NCBI GenBank assembly: GCA_902526175.1
Contig: CABZJY010000002.1
Span: forward strand, 122,372-186,371
DNA from: an uncultured Alphaproteobacteria bacterium
GTDB lineage: Bacteria > Pseudomonadota > Alphaproteobacteria > Methylaequorales > Methylaequoraceae
Length of the DNA: 64,000 nucleotides
Direction of reading: 5' to 3'
Part shown: piece after piece, positions 1-12,292 of the stretch
Position numbering within the stretch: position 1 is the stretch's first letter
Layout of the letters: each line of letters opens with the position of its first letter
Translations under genes and position numbers: made by a program
The notes under the pieces: model-generated
The model's input: only the letters and a program-made list of their open reading frames with translations
What the model was told of the DNA's origin: nothing
Databases searched by the model: none

Positions 1-1
1 A

Positions 2-247
2 AAATCATCTACTTATGAGTGCGGTTTTGAACCTTTCTCAGATACCCGTGGAAAATTTGATGTGCAATTTTATCTTGTTGCTATACTTTTTATAATTTTT
101 GATTTAGAAATTATCTTCATGTTTCCTTGGGCTGTTGCCCTTATAGAATTAGAACCTTTAGGTTTTTGGTCGATGATGTTTTTCCTGTTTGTTTTAACTA
201 TAGGTTTTATTTATGAATGGAAAAAAGGAGCATTAGAATGGAACTAG
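2..247 (+). CDS. nuoA: NADH-quinone oxidoreductase subunit A (5'-partial, runs off window start)
   Basis: Frame open from base 2: [12 protein letters not shown]...[21 protein letters not shown]...[15 protein letters not shown] and FDLE motifs; first gene of the nuo operon. Confidence 0.97.
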   Translation, partial: KSSTYECGFEPFSDTRGKFDVQFYLVAILFIIFDLEIIFMFPWAVALIELEPLGFWSMMFFLFVLTIGFIYEWKKGALEWN

Positions 248-750
248 CTAAGTCATCAACAAACAAATTTTTGGATCTAGAAAAACAAATTTCATCAGAA
301 GGCTTTGTTTTAGCGAAAGTTAACGAATTGATTAATTGGGCTAGATCCGGATCTTTGTGGCCTATGAGTTTTGGTCTGGCATGTTGCGCAGTCGAAATGA
401 TGCATTCTGCAGCTAGCAGATACGACTTCGATAGATTTGGAGTAGTTTTTAGACCTAGCCCAAGGCAATCAGATGTTATGATAGTTGCAGGAACATTAAC
501 AAATAAGATGGCACCTGCCTTGAGAAAAGTTTATGACCAAATGCCAGAACCAAGATGGGTAATATCAATGGGAAGTTGTGCCAATGGTGGAGGTTACTAT
601 CATTATTCTTACTCTGTTGTTAGAGGTTGTGATAGAATAGTTCCTGTTGATATTTATGTCCCTGGATGTCCTCCAACTGCTGAAGCTTTGTTTTATGGTA
701 TACTCCAATTGCAAAAAAAAATTATGAGACAAAGAACTTTTACAAGATGA
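238..750 (+). CDS. nuoB: NADH-quinone oxidoreductase subunit B
   Basis: [20 protein letters not shown] and VPGCPP (N2 cluster ligands). Start placed at ATG 238 overlapping the nuoA end; ORF track starts at 217. Confidence 0.98.
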   Translation: MELAKSSTNKFLDLEKQISSEGFVLAKVNELINWARSGSLWPMSFGLACCAVEMMHSAASRYDFDRFGVVFRPSPRQSDVMIVAGTLTNKMAPALRKVYDQMPEPRWVISMGSCANGGGYYHYSYSVVRGCDRIVPVDIYVPGCPPTAEALFYGILQLQKKIMRQRTFTR

Positions 751-1364
751 ATAATACTTCTGAAAAAGAGTCTGTAATTAGGGATAAATTTGCTTTGATT
801 AAAGCATCACTCTCAAGTTTTAATTGTAGTTTATCGCTTAAGAATAACGAGATTGAGATCTTAATGCTTGATAAAAATTTGTTAAAAACAGTACTTTTTT
901 TAAAAGATAATCCCACAACAAACTTCGATGTTCTAGTAGACATTTGCGCAGTTGATTACCCTTATCAAGAAAAAAGATTTTCAGTTATTTATAATTTCTT
1001 AAGCACCACTCAAAATTTAAGAATAAGACTAAAATTTAATGTTAACGAAAATCAAGCGGTTGATTCGATTTGTTCAATTTATAGTTGCGCTAATTGGTAT
1101 GAAAGAGAGATATATGATTTATTTGGTATAAGTTTTAATAATCATCCAGATTTGAGACGAATTTTAACTGATTATGACTTTGAAGGACACCCATTAAGAA
1201 AGGACTTTCCACTTACCGGTTTTGTTCAAGTTAGATATGATTCGGAACAAAAGAAAATTGTAAATGAGCCAGTTAAACTAGACCAAGAATATAGAAATTT
1301 TGATAATTTAAGCCCTTGGGAAGGTATGAACAACGAAATTAGTGGTAAAGAAGATGGCAAATAA
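747..1364 (+). CDS. nuoC: NADH-quinone oxidoreductase subunit C
   Basis: [40 protein letters not shown]. Confidence 0.97.
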   Translation: MNNTSEKESVIRDKFALIKASLSSFNCSLSLKNNEIEILMLDKNLLKTVLFLKDNPTTNFDVLVDICAVDYPYQEKRFSVIYNFLSTTQNLRIRLKFNVNENQAVDSICSIYSCANWYEREIYDLFGISFNNHPDLRRILTDYDFEGHPLRKDFPLTGFVQVRYDSEQKKIVNEPVKLDQEYRNFDNLSPWEGMNNEISGKEDGK

Positions 1365-2535
1365 AACAAAAATTGAAAATTATTCTATGAATTTTGGACC
1401 TCAACATCCTGCCGCACACGGTGTTTTAAGACTAGTATTAGAATTGGACGGTGAAGTTGTTGAGAGAGCTGACCCACACATTGGATTGCTTCATAGAGGT
1501 ACTGAAAAATTAATTGAAAATAAAACTTACTTACAAGCTGTACCTTATTTTGATCGACTAGATTATGTTTCTCCAATGTGTCAAGAACACGCATTTGCTC
1601 TTTCTGTTGAAAAATTGATGAAAATTCATGTGCCAAAAAGAGGCCAGTACATAAGAGTGTTGTTTTCAGAAATTACAAGAATACTTAACCACATTTTAAA
1701 TATTACAACTTTTGCATTAGATGTTGGAGCCATGACTCCTTTTTTATGGTTTTTTGAAGAAAGAGAAGTTTTAATGGAATTTTATGAAAGAGTTTCTGGT
1801 TCTAGACTTCATGCAGCTTACTTCAGACCTGGAGGTGTATACAGAGATTTACCTGATGGTCTCTTAGAGGATATCGATCTATTTATCAAAAGGTTTCCAA
1901 AAAAAATTGACGACCTTGACAGATTACTGGACAAAAATAGAATTTTTAGACAAAGAACAGTTGATATTGGAAAAATAAAACTTAAGGATGCTCTTGAAAA
2001 AGGTTTTAGTGGCCCATGTCTGAGGGCTTCTGGTTTGGCTTGGGATTTAAGAAAGGATCAACCATATGAAGTATATGACGAAATAGATTTTAAAATTCCA
2101 ACAGGTACCAATGGAGATTGTTACGAGAGGTTTTTAGTAAGAATTGAAGAAATGAGACAATCCTTAAATATAATCAAACAATGTATTGATAATATGCCTT
2201 CAGGAGATTGTACCTCAAAAGATCCCAAAGTCACCCCTCCAAAGAGATCAGAAATGAAAAGATCTATGGAATCTCTTATTAATCATTTTAAGCTGTTCAC
2301 TGAGGGGTACCATGTTCCAGTGGGTGAAACATATCAATGTGTTGAAGCACCTAAAGGCGAATTTGGTGTTTTTTTGGTTTCTGATGGAAGCAACAAACCA
2401 TATAGATGCAAGATTAGAGCACCAGGTTTTCCATTATTACAAGCTACAGAATTCCTTTCTAAAGGGCATATGTTAGCAGATCTTGTTGCTATAATAGGCA
2501 GTTTAGATATAGTATTTGGAGAAATTGACAGGTAA
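1354..2535 (+). CDS. nuoD: NADH-quinone oxidoreductase subunit D
   Basis: [26 protein letters not shown]-terminal [12 protein letters not shown] at 1354 preferred over GTG at 1342. Confidence 0.98.
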   Translation: MANKTKIENYSMNFGPQHPAAHGVLRLVLELDGEVVERADPHIGLLHRGTEKLIENKTYLQAVPYFDRLDYVSPMCQEHAFALSVEKLMKIHVPKRGQYIRVLFSEITRILNHILNITTFALDVGAMTPFLWFFEEREVLMEFYERVSGSRLHAAYFRPGGVYRDLPDGLLEDIDLFIKRFPKKIDDLDRLLDKNRIFRQRTVDIGKIKLKDALEKGFSGPCLRASGLAWDLRKDQPYEVYDEIDFKIPTGTNGDCYERFLVRIEEMRQSLNIIKQCIDNMPSGDCTSKDPKVTPPKRSEMKRSMESLINHFKLFTEGYHVPVGETYQCVEAPKGEFGVFLVSDGSNKPYRCKIRAPGFPLLQATEFLSKGHMLADLVAIIGSLDIVFGEIDR

Positions 2536-2541
2536 TAAATT

Positions 2542-3135
2542 ATGACTTCTTCTTTTAAAGAATTTGCAAGCGATTCCCTTCAACCAAAAGAATTTTCCTT
2601 TACTGCAGAAAATTTAAGGGAAGCAAAAATTGTCTTAAAAAGGTATCCTAAGGACTACCCAGAAGGTGCTTTGATGCCGTTGCTCACTCTTGCACAAAAA
2701 CAATCTAAAGGCTGGTTACCCAAAAAGGCTATTGAATATATTGCTTCGTTCCTGAAAGTTTCTGAGATTAAAGTACTTGAAATCGCAACATTTTATTCAA
2801 TGTATAATTTAAGTCCAGTTGGTAAAAATCATATCGAAGTATGTACTACCACTCCATGTATGTTAAGAGGCTCAGATGATATCTTAAAAGTATGTGAAAA
2901 GTTTCTAAACATTAACTCTGGTAGTGTATCCAAAGACAAAAGATTTTCTCTAACTGAAGTTGAATGTTTAGGAGCATGTGTTAATGCTCCTGTGATAAAA
3001 ATAGACCAAGACTATTTTGAAGACTTAGATTCTAAATCTACATTAAATCTTCTGGATTGTCTTGCTGAAAATAAAACGGTAAAAAAGGGTTCTCAAATTA
3101 TGAGGAGAGGAACTGAACCAGTAAGAAGAAAGTAG
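2542..3135 (+). CDS. nuoE: NADH-quinone oxidoreductase subunit E
   Basis: ATFYSMY, CTTTPC...[10 protein letters not shown] (2Fe-2S cluster N1a). Confidence 0.97.
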   Translation: MTSSFKEFASDSLQPKEFSFTAENLREAKIVLKRYPKDYPEGALMPLLTLAQKQSKGWLPKKAIEYIASFLKVSEIKVLEIATFYSMYNLSPVGKNHIEVCTTTPCMLRGSDDILKVCEKFLNINSGSVSKDKRFSLTEVECLGACVNAPVIKIDQDYFEDLDSKSTLNLLDCLAENKTVKKGSQIMRRGTEPVRRK

Positions 3136-3136
3136 T

Positions 3137-4405
3137 ATGTTAAAAAAAAAGGACATAATTTTTGAAAATCTTTACAGAAAGTTTTCGCCCTATCTTTCTG
3201 CGGCTAAAGAAAGGGGTGACTGGAAAAACACTGCTAAATTAATAAAACAAGGTAGCAACAAAATAGTAGAAATTATAAAAGAATCTGGATTAAGAGGCAG
3301 AGGTGGGGCTGGTTTTTCTACTGGTATGAAATGGAGTTTTATGCCTAAGAAAAAGTCAAGGGAACATTATCTTGTTATTAATGCAGATGAAGGTGAGCCT
3401 GGAACATGTAAAGATAGAGACATTATAAGAAATGAGCCTCATAAACTAATTGAGGGATGTTTGCTCTCTGGTTATGCTATACAATCCAATACTTGTTATA
3501 TTTATATAAGAGGTGAGTTTGGTGAAGAAATTGAAATTCTAAATAAAGCAATTGAGGAAGCATATAAACATGGGTTAATAGGGCTTAACGCTTGTGGTAC
3601 TGGTTGGAGATTTGATATTCACTTACACTTAGGTGCAGGAGCATATATATGTGGTGAAGAAACCGCTTTAATAGAAAGTATTGAAGGTAAGAAAGGTCAA
3701 CCAAGATTAAAACCACCTTTCCCGGCTAATGTTGGTTTATTTGGTTGTCCCACTACTGTAAACAATGTTGAGACTATCGCTGTAATACCGACTATATTAA
3801 GAAGAGGTGCTTCATGGTTTTCTTCACTTGGAAAACCAAATAATACTGGTTCAAAAATTTTTTGTATTTCCGGTCATGTCAACAGACCATGTAATGTTGA
3901 AGAAGAGCTCGGTGTACCACTCAAAACTTTAATTCAAAAATATGCAGGTGATGTGATAGGAGGTTGGGACAATCTTCTTGCAGTAATTCCTGGCGGCTCG
4001 TCAGTTCCACTATTGCCAAAAGAGATTTGCGAGAGCATTTCAATGGATTTTGATTCATTAAAGGAAGCTGGATCTGGGCTTGGGACAGCTGGAGTAATTG
4101 TAATGAACAAACAAACTGATATTGTTAGTGCTATTAGACGTTTGTCTGAATTTTACAAGCACGAATCTTGTGGTCAATGTACACCATGCAGAGAGGGAAC
4201 TGGTTGGTTGATGAGAATGATGAAAAAAATAGAATTAGGAGATTTTATTCCAGAAGACCTGGAAATGTTAGAAAATGTAACTAAACAAATTGAAGGTCAC
4301 ACAATATGTGCATTAGGAGATGCGGCTGCATGGCCAATTCAAGGGTTATTACGACACTTTAAGAATGAAGTTTTATTAAGATCTAAAAAACATTATGTAG
4401 CATAA
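3137..4405 (+). CDS. nuoF: NADH-quinone oxidoreductase subunit F
   Basis: [44 protein letters not shown]. Confidence 0.98.
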   Translation: MLKKKDIIFENLYRKFSPYLSAAKERGDWKNTAKLIKQGSNKIVEIIKESGLRGRGGAGFSTGMKWSFMPKKKSREHYLVINADEGEPGTCKDRDIIRNEPHKLIEGCLLSGYAIQSNTCYIYIRGEFGEEIEILNKAIEEAYKHGLIGLNACGTGWRFDIHLHLGAGAYICGEETALIESIEGKKGQPRLKPPFPANVGLFGCPTTVNNVETIAVIPTILRRGASWFSSLGKPNNTGSKIFCISGHVNRPCNVEEELGVPLKTLIQKYAGDVIGGWDNLLAVIPGGSSVPLLPKEICESISMDFDSLKEAGSGLGTAGVIVMNKQTDIVSAIRRLSEFYKHESCGQCTPCREGTGWLMRMMKKIELGDFIPEDLEMLENVTKQIEGHTICALGDAAAWPIQGLLRHFKNEVLLRSKKHYVA

Positions 4406-4406
4406 A

Positions 4407-6455
4407 ATGCCCAAAATTGAAATAGATGGAAAGACAATACAAGTAGACAGTGGGATAAATATACTCCAAGCCTGTGAACTTATTGGTATTGAAATCCCTA
4501 GGTTTTGCTATCACGAGAAGTTATCAATAGCAGGTAATTGTAGGATGTGTTTAGTTGAAATGGAAGGTTCGAATAAGCCAGTCGCTTCATGTGCTATGCC
4601 TGTAGCAGACGGTATGAAGATAAAAACTAAAAGTGAATTTGTAAAAAAAGCAAGAAACGGAGTCATGGAATTTCTTTTAATTAACCATCCTCTAGATTGC
4701 CCAGTCTGTGATCAAGGAGGTGAATGCGATCTTCAAGATCAGGCAATGGCCTATGGTAATGGAATAAGTAGATATTTTGAAAAAAAAAGGGCAGTTAAAG
4801 ATAAATATATCGGACCTCTAATTAAAACTCATATGACCAGGTGCATCCATTGTACAAGATGTGTTCGTTTTGGAGAAGAAATAGGAGGGATTGAACAACT
4901 TGGGGCAACAGGTAGAGGAGAAGATACAGAAATCACTACTTTTTTAGAAAAATCGATTTGTTCTGAACTTTCTGGTAATGTAATAGATTTATGTCCAGTA
5001 GGCGCTCTCACATCTAAACCATATTCTTACATTGCTAGACCATGGGAACTTAAGAAAATTGATAGTATAGACGTTATGGATGCTGTTGGGAGTAATATTA
5101 GAGTTGATACAAAAGCTGATAAGATTATGAGAATACTACCAAGAATAAATGAGTCTATTAATGAGGAATGGATTTCAGATAAAACCAGATTTGCTTATGA
5201 TGGATTATCTAGTCAAAGAATTGATAAACCGTTTGTAAAAAATAATGGAAGGTTTAACGAGCTCTCATATTCAGAGTTATTTTTAATTTTAAAAGAAAAA
5301 TTTTCTAATGTAAAAAAATCAAAATTTTTCGCCTTAATTGGAAATACTGTTGACTGCGAAACAATTTTTTCATTTAAGCATTTTTTAATGAAAAATGGTT
5401 TATATAATTTTGATTGCAGGCAAGATAATTCTTTTTTTATACCTAAAGACAGATCATCTTATGTATTTAACTCAACTATTTCTGGTATAGATGAAACTGA
5501 TCTTTGTTTATTAATTGGGTGTGATCCAAAGGTGGAGGCCCCTATTTTAAATGCTAGAATAAGAAAAAGGTTTCTTAATTATGAGAGTCAATATCCAGTA
5601 GGAAAGATTGGTTTAACTTCCAAGTTAAACTATGAATCAATCCAAATAAGTAATGATTCTAGTGGAATTGAGATGCTCTTGAGCAATGAGCATAAATTTT
5701 CTAGTTATTTAAGAAAAGCAAAAAAACCAATATTTATTATTGGACAAGGGGCTTTATGTAACAAAAATGCAGAAAAAATTTTTTATAAAGCAAGAGAATT
5801 GTATGATTCTTTAAATATTGAAGAAAATTGGAATGGATTCAATATCTTACAAACATTCTCAGGACGCACAGGTGCTTTGGATCTTGAATTTTATTCTAAT
5901 GAAAATGTAAATAAAAATACAGATTTCTTAGAAAATATTTATAATGGATCAATAAATCTTCTTTATCTTTTTGCTGCAGATGAAATTGATTTTTCAAAGG
6001 TTCCATCGACAACATTTGTTATTTATCAAGGACATCATGGAGATGCAGGTGCAAATAGAGCAGATTTAATAATACCAACAACTTGTTTTACTGAAAAACA
6101 AGGTATTTATATCAATGTTGAAGGTAGGCCTCAAATTTCCGCCCAAATAAAGTCACCTATTTCTAATGTAATGCATTCTTGGGATTTTTTTCTTGAGTTA
6201 TCCAAATATATTGGTTCGAAACTTGATTATAAAAACCTCAGCGAATTAAGAGAATTAATGTTCAGCAAATATCCTGTTGTTAAAAATATTAATAAAATAA
6301 AAAAAAATAAATTGCAAAAAACAAAATTTGTTAGAACCTTCAATGCAAATGAGATTCTTAAATCTAATATTTCAAATTTTTATATGACCGATGTTGTGAG
6401 TAAGAATTCAAAAACCATGGCAGAATGTTCTAAAATGTTTTTAGCCAAGAGTTAA
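4407..6455 (+). CDS. nuoG: NADH-quinone oxidoreductase subunit G
   Basis: [54 protein letters not shown]. Confidence 0.98.
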   Translation: MPKIEIDGKTIQVDSGINILQACELIGIEIPRFCYHEKLSIAGNCRMCLVEMEGSNKPVASCAMPVADGMKIKTKSEFVKKARNGVMEFLLINHPLDCPVCDQGGECDLQDQAMAYGNGISRYFEKKRAVKDKYIGPLIKTHMTRCIHCTRCVRFGEEIGGIEQLGATGRGEDTEITTFLEKSICSELSGNVIDLCPVGALTSKPYSYIARPWELKKIDSIDVMDAVGSNIRVDTKADKIMRILPRINESINEEWISDKTRFAYDGLSSQRIDKPFVKNNGRFNELSYSELFLILKEKFSNVKKSKFFALIGNTVDCETIFSFKHFLMKNGLYNFDCRQDNSFFIPKDRSSYVFNSTISGIDETDLCLLIGCDPKVEAPILNARIRKRFLNYESQYPVGKIGLTSKLNYESIQISNDSSGIEMLLSNEHKFSSYLRKAKKPIFIIGQGALCNKNAEKIFYKARELYDSLNIEENWNGFNILQTFSGRTGALDLEFYSNENVNKNTDFLENIYNGSINLLYLFAADEIDFSKVPSTTFVIYQGHHGDAGANRADLIIPTTCFTEKQGIYINVEGRPQISAQIKSPISNVMHSWDFFLELSKYIGSKLDYKNLSELRELMFSKYPVVKNINKIKKNKLQKTKFVRTFNANEILKSNISNFYMTDVVSKNSKTMAECSKMFLAKS

Positions 6456-6456
6456 T

Positions 6457-7461
6457 ATGTTTATTGAAAATAATTTAGTTATGGAATCGCTAATAGATGT
6501 TCTGAAGATTTTAGCGATAATCTTACCTTTACTGATATTTATAGCATATCTGACTTATTTTGAGAGAAAAGTAATTGGGTTTATGCAATTGAGAAAAGGT
6601 CCAAATGTAGTAGGCCCATTCGGTCTTTTCCAACCTTTTGCAGACGGTATAAAACTACTTACGAAAGAAACTATAGTTCCATCAAATTCTAACAAATTTT
6701 TGTTTATATTATCACCAATTATTACATTTACTCTTGCTTTAATTGCATGGGCAGTAATACCAATTGATAATGATATTGTGTTATCAAACATTAATGTAGG
6801 AATAATGTATATAGTTGCTGTTTCCTCACTAAGTGTTTACGGAATAATAATGGCAGGGTGGGCTAGTAATTCAAGGTATGCTTTCCTTGGTTCTTTACGA
6901 TCAGCTGCACAAATGATTTCATATGAAGTGTCTATAGGTCTAATTATTATTAATATCTTAATCACAGTGGGGTCTCTAAATTTATCAGAAATAGTTTTAG
7001 CACAGAAAAACGTCTGGTATTTTTTACCTCACTTTCCAATGTTTATAGTTTTTTTTATATCAACTTTGGCTGAAACAAATAGAGCTCCTTTTGATTTACC
7101 AGAAGCAGAAGCTGAGTTAGTAGCCGGATACAATGTTGAATATTCTTCTCTGTCATTTGGACTTTTCTTTTTAGGAGAATACGGTAACATGATTCTCATG
7201 AGTTCTATGACCACTATATTATTTTTGGGTGGATGGTTACCTCCAGTTGATAATGAAATATTTAATCTAATTCCAGGTTTTGTTTGGTTTTTTTTAAAAG
7301 TAAGTTTTTTACTTTTTTTATTTTTATGGATAAGAGCAACATTACCTAGATTTAGATACGATCAATTAATGAGGTTGGGATGGAAAGTATTTCTACCTTT
7401 ATCACTTTTCTGGGTTATTATAACATCAAGTTACGTTTATTTTAATAATGGAAATTTTTAA
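6457..7461 (+). CDS. nuoH: NADH-quinone oxidoreductase subunit H
   Basis: [48 protein letters not shown]. Confidence 0.98.
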   Translation: MFIENNLVMESLIDVLKILAIILPLLIFIAYLTYFERKVIGFMQLRKGPNVVGPFGLFQPFADGIKLLTKETIVPSNSNKFLFILSPIITFTLALIAWAVIPIDNDIVLSNINVGIMYIVAVSSLSVYGIIMAGWASNSRYAFLGSLRSAAQMISYEVSIGLIIINILITVGSLNLSEIVLAQKNVWYFLPHFPMFIVFFISTLAETNRAPFDLPEAEAELVAGYNVEYSSLSFGLFFLGEYGNMILMSSMTTILFLGGWLPPVDNEIFNLIPGFVWFFLKVSFLLFLFLWIRATLPRFRYDQLMRLGWKVFLPLSLFWVIITSSYVYFNNGNF

Positions 7462-7464
7462 AAA

Positions 7465-7965
7465 ATGATAAAATTTTTAAAGAAAACTAAAATTTTTTTC
7501 AAACAGTTATTTTTACTGGAAATTGTTGATGGATTGATTTTGACTCTAAAATATTTTTTTAAAAAAAAAGTTACTCTCAATTACCCATTTGAAAAAGGTG
7601 CCTTAAGTTCAAGGTTTAGAGGAGAACACGCATTGAGGAGATATGAGTCGGGTGAGGAACGTTGTATAGCCTGTAAACTATGCGAGGCGGTTTGTCCAGC
7701 ACAAGCAATTATAATAGAAGCTGAGCCAAGGGATGATGGTTCAAGGCGTACTACAAGATATGATATTGATATGACAAAATGTATTTATTGTGGTTATTGT
7801 CAGGAATCATGTCCTGTGGATGCAATTGTTGAAGGACCAAACTTTGAATTTGCAACTGAAACTAGAGAAGAACTAATGTATGATAAAGAAAAATTATTGG
7901 ATAATGGTGACAGATGGGAGTTAGAAATTGCAAAAAATTTGGATAAAGAATCTAAATATATGTAG
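7465..7965 (+). CDS. nuoI: NADH-quinone oxidoreductase subunit I
   Basis: Two CxxCxxCxxxCP motifs ([24 protein letters not shown]). Confidence 0.98.
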   Translation: MIKFLKKTKIFFKQLFLLEIVDGLILTLKYFFKKKVTLNYPFEKGALSSRFRGEHALRRYESGEERCIACKLCEAVCPAQAIIIEAEPRDDGSRRTTRYDIDMTKCIYCGYCQESCPVDAIVEGPNFEFATETREELMYDKEKLLDNGDRWELEIAKNLDKESKYM

Positions 7966-7972
7966 CTAAAGT

Positions 7973-8560
7973 ATGTTTTTTAATATTTTCTCTGCGATTA
8001 TTATTGTTTCAAGTTTAATGGTCGTTTTATCTAGAAACCCAGTTTATTCTGTACTTTTTTTAGTTTTTACTTTTTTGAACGCCTCAATAATTTTTTTGAT
8101 TTCAAATGCAGAATTTTTGGCTATGACATTGATTATAGTATATGTAGGAGCTGTTGCTGTGCTTTTTTTATTTGTCGTTATGATGTTAAATATAAATTCT
8201 ACAAAAATAAAAGAAGGACTGTTAAAATATCTACCTTTTGGAGTTCTTCTCACATTAGTTTTTGTTGGAGAGTTATATGTTATCTTTCAAGGAGAAAGTT
8301 TAGGTTTTGTCACCCCCAAAATAGATATAGAAGAATTATTTCAGAATGGGAATTCGAATACAAAGGCAATTGGGCTTTATTTATACACAGATTATTTCAT
8401 AATCTTTCAAATGTCTGCTTATGTTCTTCTTGTTGCTATGATTGGTGCGATAGTTTTGGCTTATAAAGATAAAAAGTCTATAAAAAGTCAAAATGTTTTT
8501 ATTCAGAATACTGTTAGAAAAGAAGATTTAATTAAACTTGTTGATTCAAAGAAAAAATAA
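7973..8560 (+). CDS. nuoJ: NADH-quinone oxidoreductase subunit J
   Basis: RNPVYSVLFL, AEFLA...VYVGAVAVLFLFVVMML; operon position. Confidence 0.96.
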   Translation: MFFNIFSAIIIVSSLMVVLSRNPVYSVLFLVFTFLNASIIFLISNAEFLAMTLIIVYVGAVAVLFLFVVMMLNINSTKIKEGLLKYLPFGVLLTLVFVGELYVIFQGESLGFVTPKIDIEELFQNGNSNTKAIGLYLYTDYFIIFQMSAYVLLVAMIGAIVLAYKDKKSIKSQNVFIQNTVRKEDLIKLVDSKKK

Positions 8561-8572
8561 TACAAAAAAAAT

Positions 8573-8875
8573 ATGGGTATGTCTAATTTTTTAATACTGT
8601 CGTCAATTGTATTTGCAATTGGATTACTTGGTATTTTTGTTAATAGAAAAAATATGATAATTATTTTAATGTCAATAGAGTTAATGTTACTAGCAGTAAA
8701 TATAAACTTTGTTGGGTTTTCATATGTTTATAACGACCTTTCTGGTCAAATTTTCTCAATGTTTATACTAGTTGTTGCAGCTGCAGAAGCAGCCGTTGGA
8801 CTTGCAATACTAACCATTTTTTTTAAAAATAAAGGAACGATAAGCGTTGATAAAATAAGTAAAATGAAAGGTTGA
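8573..8875 (+). CDS. nuoK: NADH-quinone oxidoreductase subunit K
   Basis: [25 protein letters not shown]; 100 aa. Confidence 0.97.
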   Translation: MGMSNFLILSSIVFAIGLLGIFVNRKNMIIILMSIELMLLAVNINFVGFSYVYNDLSGQIFSMFILVVAAAEAAVGLAILTIFFKNKGTISVDKISKMKG

Positions 8876-8876
8876 G

Positions 8877-10802
8877 ATGCATATACTTTCTGTTTTTCTT
8901 CCACTACTGAGTTTTTTAATAGCTTTTTTTCTATCAAGAAAAATATCTGACGAAATAGTAGATTACACAACGTGTACTATGATGGCATTTTCAACAATCT
9001 TATCATTATATTGTTTTTTTTTAATTAATGAATATAACCCTGAAAGAATTATCAAAGTATCTGAGTGGTTAAATTCAGGAAGCTTGTATATTGATTGGTC
9101 ATTAAATTTCAATAGGCTGACTGCCTTAATGGTTTTCTTAGTAAATTTTGTATCTACCATTGTGCACGTGTATTCAGTTGGATATATGAATAATGACGAT
9201 AGAAGACCAATCTTTATGGCATATTTAGGTCTTTTTACTTTTTTTATGTTAATGTTAGTAACTTCTTCAAATTTAATTCAATTGTTTCTTGGATGGGAAG
9301 GCGTCGGACTTACTTCATATCTTTTGATTGGTTATTACAGTTACAAAGAATCAGCTAATAAAGCAGCAATTAAAGCTTTTATAGTTAATAGAGTTGGAGA
9401 TTTTGGTTTTTTAATTGGAATCTTTGCTATTTTTATAGTTTTTGGAACGATAAATTTAAAAGAAATTTTTTTGTTGGTTGATACTCAGGAAAATACATAT
9501 TTTAATTTTCTAGGTTATAACTTTCATACTCTTACACTCATAACAATGCTTTTATTCATTGGTGCAATGGGTAAATCTGCACAGTTTGGTTTTCACACTT
9601 GGTTACCAGACGCAATGGAAGGACCTACTCCAGTTTCAGCATTGATACATGCTGCGACAATGGTAACTGCTGGTGTATTTTTGATGGTATTAATGTCACC
9701 ACTTCTTGAAAAAACTGAATTTACTAGAAATTTTATTATAGTAATAGGTAGTTTATCGGCCCTTTTTGCAGCAACTGTAGCAATAACACAAGATGATATT
9801 AAAAAAATAATTGCATATTCAACTTGTAGTCAGTTAGGATATATGTTCATTGCAATAGGTGTTTCTGCTTACAATATTGCTATTTTTCATCTGTTCACCC
9901 ATGCTTTTTTCAAAGCTCTTCTTTTTTTAGGCGCTGGTTCTGTAATACATGCTATGTCAGATGAACAAAACATAAAAAAGATGGGTGGTTTGTATAAAAA
10001 AATTCCTGTTACATATATCCTTATGTTAGTTGGGACATTATCTCTAACTGGGTTTCCTTTTTTTAGTGCATACTACTCAAAAGACTTAATAATGGAACTT
10101 GTTTTTTTGGATGATTCATATTTATCTAATTTTGTATTTATAAATTCTGTAATTGTAGTTTTTCTTACATCTTTTTATTCATTCAGATTATTATTTTATG
10201 TTTTTCATGGAAATAACAGATCCGATGAAAAGGTATTTTCACATGTGCATGAATCCCCTAATATTATGTTGCTTCCACTTGTTGTTTTATCGTTTTTTTC
10301 AGTTTTTTCAGGATTAGCATTTAAAAAATATTTTTTTGGTATAGATTCCATTGTATTTTGGGGAGATAGTCTAATAAATATTTCTCTTAATGTACCTGAA
10401 TCAATGATTTACCAAATACCCTTCTATATAAAAAAATTACCGTTGTTCAATATAATATTAGGTATGATGTTTTCAGCCATTTTGATACTTTACCTAAAAA
10501 AATTAAAAGACTTTTTCAAAGAAAAATTAAAGTATATAGTTTTATTTTTGAGGAAAAGCTGGTTTTTTGACGAACTTTACGATTTTCTTTTTGTTAAACC
10601 ATCTAAATATATTGGTAATGGGTTTTGGAAAGCAATAGATATTGAGTTAATAGACAATGTTGGCCCAAATGGAATGGCAAGAATAGTAAAAAAAATGGGA
10701 TCAATAGTTTCAAGTTTACAAACTGGGTTTTTATACCATTATGCATTTATGGTTATAATAGGCTTGACAATTTTTATCAGTATTTACTTTTATTTATTTT
10801 AA
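8877..10802 (+). CDS. nuoL: NADH-quinone oxidoreductase subunit L
   Basis: GWEGVGL, NRVGDFG, GKSAQ...WLPDAMEGPTPVSALIHAATMV, THAFFKALLFL. Confidence 0.98.
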   Translation: MHILSVFLPLLSFLIAFFLSRKISDEIVDYTTCTMMAFSTILSLYCFFLINEYNPERIIKVSEWLNSGSLYIDWSLNFNRLTALMVFLVNFVSTIVHVYSVGYMNNDDRRPIFMAYLGLFTFFMLMLVTSSNLIQLFLGWEGVGLTSYLLIGYYSYKESANKAAIKAFIVNRVGDFGFLIGIFAIFIVFGTINLKEIFLLVDTQENTYFNFLGYNFHTLTLITMLLFIGAMGKSAQFGFHTWLPDAMEGPTPVSALIHAATMVTAGVFLMVLMSPLLEKTEFTRNFIIVIGSLSALFAATVAITQDDIKKIIAYSTCSQLGYMFIAIGVSAYNIAIFHLFTHAFFKALLFLGAGSVIHAMSDEQNIKKMGGLYKKIPVTYILMLVGTLSLTGFPFFSAYYSKDLIMELVFLDDSYLSNFVFINSVIVVFLTSFYSFRLLFYVFHGNNRSDEKVFSHVHESPNIMLLPLVVLSFFSVFSGLAFKKYFFGIDSIVFWGDSLINISLNVPESMIYQIPFYIKKLPLFNIILGMMFSAILILYLKKLKDFFKEKLKYIVLFLRKSWFFDELYDFLFVKPSKYIGNGFWKAIDIELIDNVGPNGMARIVKKMGSIVSSLQTGFLYHYAFMVIIGLTIFISIYFYLF

Positions 10803-10805
10803 AAG

Positions 10806-12284
10806 ATGTTTAATATACCCATCCTTCCAATGCTAATTTTAATCCCAATTTTAGGTATTATTTTTGTATTAATGTCAGTGGAAGAAGAAAACTCTATAGC
10901 AGCAAAACGTTCTGCTTTATGGACTTCTATAATTAATTTTTTGTTGTCTTTATATATACCTATAAATTTTGATCAAACTATACCTCATTTTCAATTTGTT
11001 AACTCTTTTAGCTGGTTTAATAATGAAAATTTAAAATTTTCATTAGGTGTAGATGGTATATCTCTTCCATTCATTGTTTTATCAACATTTTTAATCCCGC
11101 TTTGTATCTTCTTTATGTGGGATAATAAGAAGGATAAGATTAAATTATATCTTTCTTCTTTCTTATTAATTGAAAGTTTTCTAATTGGAGCCTTTAGTGC
11201 CATTGATTTATTCTCATTTTACATTTTTTTTGAAAGTATTTTAATTCCAATGTATATGATTATAGGTATATGGGGTGGTGAAAGAAGAATTTATTCAGCC
11301 TACAAATTTTTCTTATATACCTTTCTTGGTTCTGTTTTAATGCTTGTTGCCATTATTTTTCTTTATCAAGAATTTGGTACTACAGAAATTCCCAAAATAC
11401 TGAATTTTAATTTACCATTTTATATACAGATCTGGTTATGGTTAGCTTTTTTTTCATCATTTGCAGTAAAAATTCCAATGTGGCCTTTCCATACATGGCT
11501 TCCAGATGCTCATGTAGAGGCACCCACAGAAGGTTCAGTCATTTTAGCTGCTGTTCTATTAAAATTGGGAGGTTATGGTTTTATTAGATTCAATTTGTCA
11601 ATTCTACCTGATGCATCTATCTTTTTTACACCTTTCATATATTTTTTATCTACAGTCGCTGTGATATATACTTCATTTATTGCGTTAGTACAAACCGATA
11701 TAAAAAAATTAATTGCTTATTCTTCGGTTGCTCATATGGGCTTTGTAACAATAGGAATATTTTCAGCAAATATACAAGGCATTCACGGTGCAATATTGCA
11801 AATGGTTTCACATGGTTTGATATCAGCAGCACTTTTTTTTTCAATAGGAAGTATCTATAATAGATACCATACGAAAAACATTGCATTTTTTAGTGGTTTG
11901 AAAACAATAATGCCTAAGTTAGCATTTTTCTTTTTAATATTTAGTTTAGGCTCAATTGGGTTTCCAGGCACAAGTGGATTTGTAGCTGAATTTCTGACAT
12001 TATTAGCAGTTTTTAGTAAAAGTACAATAATAGCTTTTTTTGCAGCATTGGGCATCATTTTAGCTGCGGCTTACATGCTAAATTTATATAAAAAAATATT
12101 TTTAGGAGAAATTAACAATCAAGTGCTTAAAGCAAATAGTGATCTAAAAATAAATGAAATTTTAATCTTTAGTTCTTTAGTTTTTTTGATCATTTTGTTA
12201 GGAATTAAACCTAATTTACTTCTAAATTTTTCAACATCTTCTATTGAACGAATAATAACTTTATATCCAATTTCAATATTTTAG
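10806..12284 (+). CDS. nuoM: NADH-quinone oxidoreductase subunit M
   Basis: FAVKIPMWPFHTWLPDAHVEAPT, LLKLGGYG, IAYSSVAHMG. Confidence 0.98.
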   Translation: MFNIPILPMLILIPILGIIFVLMSVEEENSIAAKRSALWTSIINFLLSLYIPINFDQTIPHFQFVNSFSWFNNENLKFSLGVDGISLPFIVLSTFLIPLCIFFMWDNKKDKIKLYLSSFLLIESFLIGAFSAIDLFSFYIFFESILIPMYMIIGIWGGERRIYSAYKFFLYTFLGSVLMLVAIIFLYQEFGTTEIPKILNFNLPFYIQIWLWLAFFSSFAVKIPMWPFHTWLPDAHVEAPTEGSVILAAVLLKLGGYGFIRFNLSILPDASIFFTPFIYFLSTVAVIYTSFIALVQTDIKKLIAYSSVAHMGFVTIGIFSANIQGIHGAILQMVSHGLISAALFFSIGSIYNRYHTKNIAFFSGLKTIMPKLAFFFLIFSLGSIGFPGTSGFVAEFLTLLAVFSKSTIIAFFAALGIILAAAYMLNLYKKIFLGEINNQVLKANSDLKINEILIFSSLVFLIILLGIKPNLLLNFSTSSIERIITLYPISIF

Positions 12285-12292
12285 GAGATATC